Assembly (NCBI GenBank): GCA_964199315.1
Contig: OZ116701.1
Coordinates: 11,780,001-11,844,000 of the forward strand
DNA: 64,000 bases
From: Orbicella franksi
Taxonomy: Eukaryota
Reading direction: 5' to 3'
Shown: in pieces, positions 12,001 through 24,262 of the stretch
Layout: each line of letters opens with the position of its first letter
Numbering within the stretch: position 1 is the stretch's first letter
Translations under genes and position numbers: made by a program
Notes under the pieces: generated by a model
Told to the model about the DNA's origin: nothing
Seen by the model: only the letters and a program-made list of their open reading frames with translations
The model's database searches: none

Positions 12001-15000
12001 ACAGTTGCCAGTGGCTCCATTTTCAAAGTTCGCCCTGTTCTATCAATTAGAGAACTCTCTCCTGGAGCTCGTTCTAACTGGAACCTCAGTCGCCTTGCCA
12101 ACACCTGAAAACAAACAAAATTGTTCAGAGCAGTGCAGTTACTGACTTACTTCAACTTTAACACAGCCGGAAACCTTACAGTGCGACTACTTGAACCAGG
12201 CCACTTGCGACAAAATTAACCTATGAAGTAACCGCCTTTTTTTCATAAACGAATCTATAATATAGTGCCTGCCAGAGATTTTTTAATCATTATTTTTCCT
12301 TACAAACTTACTGTGATGGTATTTCCTTTCCCAATAGGCGAAATTCTGATTATAATATACAAAATACGTCACACATCATGAAAAGCTGCCCATGTATAAC
12401 ACTGTACACTATACAAATGTTAAATTGAAGTAATACACAGTCAACTGATGGCACGCTGATTTTTTCCTTGGTGACATTCACAAATGTTTAATGTCATATA
12501 TCAAACAGATTACGTGTACTTAACATCATTAAATATTTGCATCTGACACACACCTGAAGACCTGAGCCAGGGCATTCATAAGTGAAAACAGCCAACTTCT
12601 CTGTTGACTCTAAAACGGCCACAAGCTTTTTAACAAGGATGGAGGCGGATGTAACTTCACCACTCCTGGAAGCAAAAAAAAAAAACACACTACGTCAGTT
12701 AATGATTACCTTGTTTCATGTGCTTTAGTTGGGTTGCTTGCATTTTCATCTTAATTTTCAGCGTGTGTTTGCGAAAAATATCCAAACCCGCCCGAAAAAG
12801 AGTCACTAGGAATTTCATGGGGAAGAAAGGTCTCGAAATTACAGTTTAACTCAGAGAATTTCGAGGGGGGGAGGGGGGGGGAGGGGGCATAAACTACATG
12901 TAAAACGCACTACCTGTGGGAGAGACGGGATAATTTTTGGAGTGACAATGAAGTCCGCTTGATGTTATGTTCGTGTCAGTGTTTAAGGTCTCAGCTTTCT
13001 TCTTTCTTTGACCTTTTCTTTTCTTTTACTTCACTCTATGAAGTGGCTAAGCTAAGTTTATTTTTTAACATACCAGTCACCTGAATTGTTTTGGCTGAAA
13101 AGAAATACGATTTTGATAACTGCCAGGTAACATACTTTTCTTGGTTCAGTTGCTCCTCAGTTTCACCAAAAGCAGACTTGAAGACTTCAATTCTTTCAGC
13201 AATGCACTCTTCAGCTCGATTGCTGGTATTTTCATTTTCAGATATGGCTTTACCAGTCTACGAGAAGCAAAGAAAGTGTGTGAGAGGAAAACTATAATTA
13301 TCACTCCATAAATAAATGCATCTGGACTGTATGTATCTTTTAAATGAAAAAAAGGTCTTTCGTTAGTTTTGGAGTCGGCCGATTTTTTGCCGGGGCGCTG
13401 TTCTTCACAACTAACCGTCACTGTAGGATAAATTATACACAATTCTAGGCCCGCAAGGGTGCAAAACATACATTGCCCTCCTGTGATGACGCTAGATAAT
13501 GTATACATGTAGTTATAGTACCTAGTATCTGAGGCCAGACATACAATGAGCTATAGCTGTGGCTTACCTTCTGCAAACTAGCTGATGGTGTTTTAGCTTA
13601 GCAATGGCAAGGAAAAGGTAGAAATACTAATAATATTACCTGTACATGTATTTCTCGCATCTCACAGTTTCTCATTGTTAGTCTAAGAATATGAAAATCA
13701 ACTGAAAAGGCTGATACAAGGTTCATAACAGAATTTATGTATACGTGTCAAAGGAAGATAAATCGCAGTTGGGCTGCCTGTACTAACATTGCTGGGTCAC
13801 CAATGCTGATGTTATTGTAAGCAGTACCTGAAGTAAATCAATCTCATAGTATTATCATATTCTATAATGCATCATACCTGGTGTAAGCAGCGTAAAAGAG
13901 CTGTGACCAGTCCAGCGGATTGTAGTTCATATGAGGAAACTGTGGCGTCATCTTGTAGCACTTGAAGTAAGCCTTTCAATGCACCAAACATTTCTTCCTT
14001 CCAGGATTCTTTACTTTCTCCCTAGCATTACGTTATCATTACGAACAGTTGATTAGTAATAAAACCTCGTAAAAAGAGGTAAAAAAACAGATACGCGACA
14101 CGATGCTGAAACAGCAACATGGAGAATGATGAAATGATGATGAAAGACAAAACTGTTTTGTATTAAAATTATTGCGACTGCATTGTAAGGACCTTCAGGC
14201 CACATGAAAAGGTGTCAGTCTACATGCAACCTCTCTAAAAGAACCTCAATAGAGTGCTAATTTTCATGTAGTAATAAGTACACTGTTTTGTAATGCATAT
14301 TGTAAATAATTTATTCATATTTTGTAGTATATAACTTGTGTCACGTATCATTAGTCACTCTATTAAACTGAAGATGGCATAAGCATGCCGAAACATGTCT
14401 TTAAAAACTGTTGTACGTTTTATGCAATATTTATCATTATTGCTAGTATTACGACCTTATAGTAATAAGATCTTGTTACCTCTGTTATGTAAAGTGAAAT
14501 ACTCAGTATACCTTGGTAAGATTTTCCTGAGATAAACAAGCTGAATGCAATTGTGTGACAATTTCCTGCAACTTGGCTACCACTTCACGAGGTGCAGCCT
14601 GTGCAGCAAGAAGATACTTCTCCTGAATCTCAGTGGCCAAGTTCCTGATCTTCAGCTTCTGTGCCTCGACCTTTGACACGAACCGCTTTCCTCTCTTTCC
14701 CATCCAGCCTGCAGCAAACTCAGGTCCCAAGGATGTCTCAGCATTAAAGGTGTGCTTTGTCCCTCTGTTTGATTCAAAGACAAAGCCAGCTAGGTCCTCG
14801 CGAAGAATGGTAGCTTGCTGTCCATCAGCATTGTGCACAGATACCTCTTTGTCTTTGGTGCATGTGAGAGACCAGTTACCTACAGAGAGTCGAGTTGAGC
14901 CTGGCGATGACAGCAGTGGTTGGCTTGGGGTTCCAAGCTTCACCTGGCCACGTGCCCTTTGTAGTTTTTCAAGGAATTCTCCTCTGCTCTCTGGAAAGGA

Positions 15001-18000
15001 AAGAAACACCGGATACTGTCAGTGAAGAATGCAAACCTTTGCATACCGTGTATGTACAGCAGTTGGTGCCATGTACAGTGCAAGTCTGGTGTATTCAGGC
15101 TTTGAGACTTACAACACATGACATTATTGTAAAGTGTAAGTGGGAGGCAGGTGGGTGAACTATTTTAAAGGCTCTTTAGTCAGGAGAACCGAGCCTAGAG
15201 TTGGGCATTTCTCCAACTTTTAGATAATACGGAGTTTAAGCTACTACTACCACCGTGACATCAAGGACAAGGTTGATCAAAAACTGAATTTATGTTAAAT
15301 ATACAGACTGTCAGACTGTCTCTCACAGTCAGGGCTTACATTGTATGTGCACTGTAAAGTAATGTTAATCTCAAAAAAGAAAATTAAAATATTGCCATCC
15401 TCAGTCATGTTCTCCAGACTACACAGAATTTGGTTGTTTTGAGAGAATGGCATAGAACTGTACCAAGATATTCAAGCCATTGTTCTGCTCATTAAAAGTT
15501 TTCTTTGATGACGGTCATGTTCAAGTTGCCACTATGGTTTGCTTAGCCTCCTTAAATGTCAGCATCTTGGTAATACTTATTTCAGATTTATCAGTTTCAA
15601 AATGTTCCCACTTCCGTCCTAAAATTTAACTTAGTCTTTAAGTTGTGATTTGCTGAACGTAGGTGAAAGGTTGAACAGAAAAGTACAGTGAAGGTACAAG
15701 TTCAGCGCCACATGGTGTCTAAAATAATGAGGAACGTTTCCCTTACCAGATGAGTCTGATCCACCTTCAGGACTGCCACTAGAGTACATGGTGGCAAGTT
15801 TCCCATCCAAAATGAACCTAAACCAACCATTGCTACCATTAGAAAGCTCCAAAGCACAAGACTCATTCCACAGATAGAGGCAGTCCCTACTCCGTACAAT
15901 GCACCAGTCATGCCAGTGATATGGCTTGCCCTGCTCTACATCACCTGCATCCTCTTGAACAGTATCTTCATCCTAAAATTACAGACCAGTTAACAATGTA
16001 TCACTACACAGTTACAATATTTGTACTAAGCAAATTCTCACATCCTGATTCTAATCTTACAGATTGGCCTGAGCTGGTACTCAGCAAAATTCTACTTGTT
16101 TTCTATATAGACAACAAGGACAGTGGAGACCATTTAAAAGTGGTAGGGCTAACATTGGGCCAAGATAACAAAGCATTAGGGATCACTTTTCCACCATTTT
16201 GTTACTTTCAAGTAGTAATGAAAGCTCATACATGTACATTATCCATGTCATCCAGAGCCCTGAAACACCAAGCCAAACAAAAAAGTACATTTTGTACCCC
16301 TCCCCCCTATGCAATCCCTGGATAATACTACAAATTGTTAATTTCATCTGTTTTCAACAAGTTACTTCCTTGCTACATTGTGGAAGTTACCTTTACGGCA
16401 TCATATCTGTGTTCCTATATATCAGACATCTTGCATGATTTTCGTTTTCAAGCAAAATTTCACTTCCAAGTTTGTAATGACTTGCAATAATGTTACATAT
16501 CAAACACGAAAGACCGTGTTTGACCACATTTCCTTACACCGAGAAGAGAGTTGAAAATATGTCGCGTACAGCCTGTAGCTGAGTATTTTCGATGAACTTC
16601 AAGGTGTTTGGAAATGTGGTCAAACACTGTCTTTCTAGTGTTCGAGATATCTTCTCAATTGAAACTAAAACTAAGGAGAAACTGGAGAGTTAAAATCATA
16701 AAAATCTATGTTAATTAAGATCAGACATCCAAACACTGTCACAGTAATGATTTCCTTTGTTTAAACTCGATGAACTATCTTAAGAAAGTAATACACGTAT
16801 ATCATACCTTTTTCTCAGTCTCCTCTTCATTTCCTTTCACCTCTGGTTCCTCTTGAACAGCTTCCACCTCTTGCATTGGTCCTGCAAGGTCTGCCACATG
16901 ACTAATGACCCCCAGACGAGCCAAGTGACTGATGTATGTCTCTTGGCACTTCTCTAACAAGTCCTCTATGACCTGCAGAGCTGTCAAATGGCCATCATCA
17001 TCATCCTACAAGGAAAACAAATTGACGAATTACACATCTGGTAAGGTCCACTACATAGGACAGTTTTATCTTGACTCGTGCTCTGCAAGGGTGAGAAAAT
17101 GTTGTAGAACAATTTTTTTTTTTTTCGTGGTGATTTGCACTCTCACCTCATGATCCAAGACCACCGATAGAACCTCAATTATGACTGAGGCAAATGTTGA
17201 ATTCTGTGACAGTTCTTCCAGCTGAGCTTGAGATGCATAGTGGATCATCTTACGCATCAGTGCTAAGGTCGCCTTCCTAATGCTCGGCATCATTGTCTCT
17301 TTATAATTCTTAGCAAACAGTGGCAGAAGGTTCTTGAGGTAAACAGGAGCCATTTCTGGGTCTCCCTTGACATCCTCTGGCTCTTCTTTCTTTTCCTCGG
17401 CACTGGTGGAATCTTGAGCAGCAGCTGGCTGTGCTGGTGTAGAGGATGAAGCAGAACTGTTTCCAACAGGTACCATCCATTCACCTTGGAATATAAAATC
17501 AGCATGTTAGTGATGTGACTGACTGGCCGAATATACTGTAATCGCAAAGCTAACAGAAACCATACCTGGTGATTGTAGAATATGTACAACTTCTCTGTGA
17601 CCTTCATCATTCCGCTCTCTGGCTTTGTCCATGGGTGTTTTGCCATCTTCGTCTCTTAAATCTGGGTTGGCACCATGCCGAAGCAAAGTCTGAAAACAAC
17701 CACAACAAAGTTACTGACATTGTAGTTCTGATCAGCACTTGTAGCTAATGACAAACTTCTATGCAGCTCTTAACAGCTGTATAACAATAATAATCATGGC
17801 AAACTGACATGAAGTATTTTAAGTCATTGTGAAAAGAATTCCACAGATTTTAATTGGAGGTTCCCCCAACAAACTGACATTGATTACCAAACCCTAAGTA
17901 ATGGGCAATGTGAGAGTAGTGTCTAAACAGTATTTAATAAGTAGAAGCTACTTAGCACTCTTTGACTCTCAATAGGCTACTACAAAAGACTCATTAATTT

Positions 18001-21000
18001 CTATTCCAAATGCCCTGATTAGAGAATGGTCCACAGACCTTAAATAATTACAATTTTGTTAGTTCTCAACAAACAAAGTCATCCCAGCTGGTGCACATTC
18101 ACTGCACACTTCTGTCAAACTTACTTTTGCAACAGCTGGTCTTCCAAAGCAAGCAGCATAATGTAGAGAAGAGGACCTTTGACCTCTGTTGACATCTGCG
18201 CCTCGCTCACAAAGATACTCCACCTACAAGATAATGTTAATCACATAATGTCAGGCACAAAAATGAATCCTTGTTACTGCTGACATTGCTGACTGCATGA
18301 AAGCATCTTACAAGCTACATGAAGATATTACATGGCCTACCATTTCTAAGGTTCCAAATGCAGATGCCCAGTTCAGCAAAGTCTGTCCAACATCATCCAT
18401 AAAATTTACCTCAAATCCACCTACATTGTAAAGATATTTTTGATATTGTGACAAATTGCTTATATGGCAGCTCTGTATTTGCTATGGCCCAAATCCATTC
18501 TTTTTACAGCTGTACATGTGTACATGTGTACATGTGTTAGGGTTGTGGTCAGGGTTATTTAGGGTTAGGGAGGTAGATATGGGATCCTGGCAAGATAGGA
18601 TAGGGTTACAGTAGGAACTGAGGGGAGTGGTGTGTACTAATTAATCTGTAGGTTGAAATCATTCTGACCTAAAGAACAAACTGACCTACAACACATACAT
18701 TATAATGCACTGCCAGTTTATACATGTAAATCTCACCATTTTCAATAGCATCTATCACTGCATCAGTATCCTTGCTTCTGATGCAGTCAATGAGCTGTCG
18801 ATGTGACCTCTCATTTGAACTGTCAAACCTTCGAAGGCCAGAAATTCCTCCCTTGGGAATACTGACACAGGACTTGGGCAAGGCTCGTCGTCCTTCAAAC
18901 AACAGAACCAAGAGCAGATCTACCAGTCTCATGGTGTCCAGAACACATCTCTCGTCACCTTGGAGGGCTTTTTGGATTGCATCAGGAAGTCCAGCTCTTA
19001 ATAAATCCTGTCAGTGAGCAAACATGTACGTAACATGTAAAGGTTTAGTTAAGAAGAAAATAGAAAGGCCTAACTGCACATTGGAAGTACACTAGAAATG
19101 AAATAAATATACGTACACTACAGTGATTAAAATTCAAAATGAAGGTAAGTTTCAGTATATGGAATTCTGACTGATGGATTATTGACCAGAAAAAAATGAT
19201 GTACTTGCAAAGAACTGAGATTGAGATACATGTACATGTACATATACACATTGTTTGCAAAATCCTTTTCCAGCAATCCAGCGAGTCTACATGTATGTCC
19301 AGAAGTCAGAAAATTTCTAAATGGTGGGATATTGACCAGACATAAGTTAAGTACATGTACAATGCAAGGAACTGAGATTGAGCTACAAGTTCATTGCTTG
19401 CAAGTACTTTCCCACCAATCAAGCAAGTCTACTTCCAGTAGTCAGAACAGAGGCCAGGACATCCAGACTTAATTATAACATAATGGCAGTTTAAAATTGT
19501 TCCCAAGTCTACATGTATATACAGTAGTTAATGTTATGAGGTAATCAAAGATCTTTGCCACTGATCATGATTTTGACTACCAGTTACATCATTACCCTAT
19601 GAATCACAACTTGGACAATCTCATGATCCATGTATGTATTGACTCTCCAATGTAATGAGAATCTTACAACTACAGTTTATAACAAAAAGCTGTTACAAGT
19701 TAGATACATGTAGCTGGCATATTTACATACATGAGTAACACTGGGTGATCCTCTGCACAGTGTTGATAAGAGACTAACGATGGTGGACACTGATGTACTG
19801 TTGCTTTTAGAGTCTGGCGTGGCTCCACTACTTCCTGTTTTCTCACCAGCAGAAGCTGCAGCACTTGCTAACCTCTCCAGCAGCTCGCTGCTCAGTCCAT
19901 GTTCAGCCAAGGGGGCAGGATCAACACCACGGCGGGTAAACCGGTCAGCAAGGGACGCAAAGCACCGAAGAGCACCATCAGATACCTGTAAACATCGGGA
20001 AGAGCACTGTTGCTGTTAAACTTGTATTTTGATACCTGTACATATTGTTGATTTTGGAAGATTTAACAGTTGTGGCACAAGCAAAACAACTACATGTTGT
20101 ATAATTGAGGGCACATTTGACCACACATACCAACACCAGAAAGGCTAGAGAATAGGAAACTCAGGCATTTCTTGTGGAGACCATTTGTGCCACACAACAC
20201 AATGGGTATTGAGTGAAGTTTTCCTTTGTCAGAAATTGAGTGAGTGCCAAATAAATGAATGTCACTGGCCAAAAACAGATTTTTTAAATTTAAAAAGATA
20301 AATTCAGAGAATTTAATTATCACAGTTTATCATATGCCTTTGTCTTGCAAGGACTGGGAACTACCAAATTCATGAATTTGATTGGCTAAAATCAATATTG
20401 AATGTGGTCTAGATTTTCCCATCTAGACCAACATCTAGACCGGTAATTTTTTTTGCAGTGAAAAAGTTGCAAACTAAAATGCAAAATCATTGACTATATA
20501 TTTACGGAAGTGCCTAAAAGCCTGATGAGAAAAAAAAAGTAAAGAGGACAAGTAAACTTTGGCAGAATTAAATTCAGCTCATCACCATTTGCAAGCAAAA
20601 TGTCTGTACTGTTAGTACAAACCAGTTACATTGAACAAATTAAATTGATCTTGCTTGCCATATACATCTGTAATAAACATCTTATTAACCAAGCTTAGCC
20701 GGTCTGTATGGGAGAATCTTGACCATGGTCAAGATTCTCCCATACAGACCTCCTGCTTGGTTAATAAGAGCTGAGTAATAAACAGGAGTATTCCATAAAC
20801 ATTCTCACAGATATTCTGCACCTGAGGTAAGGTAGACAGTACTGTAAGGTACTTGTACATACCTATAGGAGGGTACAACTGAAATTCTCCTCACAGAGAT
20901 CTCCAGAACAAAGACACTGAGTTCGGCTCTTTGTTACGCTAATTGAATAGGTTTTCAAGACTGCAATACTGTGTATCTTACCATAATTATTGAATACGAT

Positions 21001-24000
21001 TAATGAGATTTTAGCACTTACATATGGGTCTTCGTGCTTAAGCAATGTTGACAGTGATTTAACGCAAGTTTCTAGGTTGGTGTCCTGTGGTTCCATCCTT
21101 CCACACAATCTGGTTACCACATTCATGGCAGAATGAAGTGTGTCCTTGTGCACAGCACTCCCAAACTCACGGATAAATGTTAGTGAACACTGAAGGCCAC
21201 CTGCCTCAAACACAGCCCCTGCCTCGCGAGTGCATATCAGTTCCAGAACCTGGATTCAAAACATTTCCTCTTAGTTTGTTTATAAAAAAGTAAATGACAT
21301 TTGTATCAACAGTGGAACCATGTTAATACCGTCATCAATGGGTCATGAAAATTTGGTCATATTAATGGGGTGGCAGTACTAGCGGGGCGGCAGTATTAAT
21401 GGGGTGGCTGTTTTAACAGGGTAGGGTCAAATTTCACGAATTGTCTAGATTCATTGACCCATTAACTGCTATTATCATGATTGCACTTTTAAACAGCTAC
21501 TCTTTACTAAGAACAATTGCAATTGTATCACATTCACACAGAAAATCACACAAGACAAACTATGATTATCAGACATTTTCTTAAAAAAAAACTACAAGGA
21601 CAGACTCGTCTGGTAAGATTTTACACTATGGCTCCAATATGGCTAGTATTTTAAGGATAATATACCTTCAGTTAGAATGTTGATCACATTGTTTGCCTAA
21701 CATGCCTTGCAACTATAGACAGTTTCAACTATATATTTACATTTTTCTTCATGTACAGTACATGTATATCATTGCAAAATTTAACTGAGCCTTTACCCTC
21801 TAAAACTAAAAGATAACTGTTGCTGGACACCTTGCAAACTTACTTTGACACATTGTTCTCCTAAGTCTTTACTGGTCCTTGATGATAAATCAACCACTAC
21901 TAGCCGACTGCAAAGGGCCTTGATGGCTCCCTCCACAGCCACAATTCGTCTAGTACACTCTGCTGACACATCAAGGTAATATGTAATGGCTCTGGCAGTT
22001 ACTTCAAGTACATTTTCAGGAGCACACTCATCCAAGAAGATCCGGCACAAGGCTGGAAGAAATGTTCGTGGAGGGCAACTGTAATAGGAGTACAGTTAGA
22101 GGTTTTAGTGATGAGAAATCATTCTATCTCTTGAGGTACATTCAAGTAAAATGGTACAGGGCTTGTAACATAGATCTGTGATCCAGGTTGTGTTGATTTT
22201 ATTTCAAATTGGCATGATTTGTAGTGTTTTGAGCTTCTGGGATCAGCAAACATGCAGATGTATGGAGACCCGTATGTTGTGCAGAAGGGTTAATCTGTTA
22301 ATCTGTCAGCCCTATTTATAGAGCATTTTCATGTGAAGTCATCAAATTCTTAAATCCAAAACTAAACAGCCACCAAAATTTGTTATTCTCATCAGGCATA
22401 AGAGGTACCAGCGCATTTTGAATTTCGAAGTTATGCAGTGTGTGACATAGAGCTAAGATCACATTTGTCGAAAACTATGTATTTATCTCGTGATTTTTAG
22501 CCCTTTAAGACGTTGCCGTATTTAGAAAAGTGCTTATTGAAACGTTAATTTGTTTTATTTTATTTTATTGTTATTCAAACCTTTTTTGACCTAAAATCAA
22601 CATTTTTGAGCTTATACACTGCATGAAATTACCATTTTCAGGAGCCCATCATGGGCTTCTGCCATTTTGCTGTTTTCTAAGCGAAATCAACATCCTTGCC
22701 ATCAGGCGTTAATGTGAAATCAACATTTTAACCTATTTAGACCTGAAATCAACATCATTGAGATTATACGTTGCATGAAATTACCATTTTGCTGTTTTCT
22801 AAGTGAAATCAATATCCTTGCCGTCAAGTGTAAACGTGAAATCAACATTTTAGCCTATTTAGACCTGAAATTAACATCATTGAGCTTATGCAGCACATGA
22901 AATTGACATTTTGCTGGTTTCTAAGTGAAATCAACATCCTTGCCATCACGCGTTAGCGTGAAATCAACCTTTTAACTGTTTTTGATCTGAAATTAATATT
23001 TTTTTAAGGTTACGCATTGCCAGAAAAATCAACATTTTGCTGTATTTTAAGTGAAATGAACATTTTTACGGTCGTGTGTTGACGTGACAACAAATATAAG
23101 TTTTTTGCATACATAATGTCTCAAAAACGAGGCAAATTTTTGACAAAGTTCACTTTTGAGCAAAATACCTAACACCCATTTTCTACCGAGCCCTTCACAT
23201 GAACGAAACCGGGCTTTGTTATAATAAACCGAGCCGATCCTTTGTTTTAATCCTTGGTTATAATAAACCGAGGTGAGACTTTGACTTATAACAAAGGCTC
23301 GTCTCAGTCTATTATAACAAAGGATTGGCTCGGTTTATCATAACAAAGGCCCAGGCTTCGTTCATCTGAGGGGCTTGGCTGAAAAAGGGCATTAGGTATT
23401 TTTCTCAAAAGTGAACTTTGTCAAAAACGCTCCAAATTTCGCATGCAGTTTTGTTTAGGTATGTTTAGCAGTGTCCTGTAGTTTTTCTACTAAACTTTGC
23501 TTCGTTTTTGAGATATTGCGTATGCAAAAAACCACTCAGTTTTTCTAGAGGCGCCTTTATAAAACAAAGCAAAAACCAGTGACAAAAATACAGGACCACC
23601 TTTTTCTATTACATTGACGACCACATGCAAAAATTCAGGCCCTTTCATGAATTTTTTTTTTTCACCCAAATCGTCACTTAGCATTGTTTTGCACTCACCC
23701 GTTCAATTATTACAATTAAAGACATATAATTTATGTACCAAAAAAGTGAATTTTACAAAGCACTTTTCATGCTTATCTAAGGAGTAAGAAGGGCTGATAC
23801 GTCCCATGGTGTGATGATGAATAATGATGATGATGATGAAGAAATAAGAAGTTGATGGCTCTTGGTAGTAAAAGTATTACATTTTTGCATTATGAGTGTA
23901 AAAAAAAAAATTAATTGACAATATTGGAAGGAGTTGCTCAACATAATTCGAAATTGCAGTGTAGCAATATAAACAAAATTCCTCTAAAATGTTTATGTAC

Positions 24001-24231
24001 ACATTTAAAACAATTAATCTTACCCATATAAAAATAAAATACAATGTACATAGTTTTTAAGAAAAATCACATAACATGATTTCAATAAAATGTCATTAAC
24101 AAAAAAACCAATTCTCTGTTCTTAATAACGTCAGTGACTTTAGATCATCGCTTCTTTTGACACAACACAAATTACTCGTTGGAAAGCCATTTCACTGCAC
24201 GACTTTCATTGTCACAAAAAAAGAGAAAATA

Positions 24232-24262
<31 letters not shown>

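Noticed and set aside
14633-15158. Plus-strand ORFs of 130 and 87 aa
   Set aside because: Antisense to HECTD1 exon 12.
22575-23090. Regularly spaced repeats as a possible CRISPR array
   Set aside because: Eukaryotic intron; the units are degenerate tandem copies without unique spacers; no cas genes.
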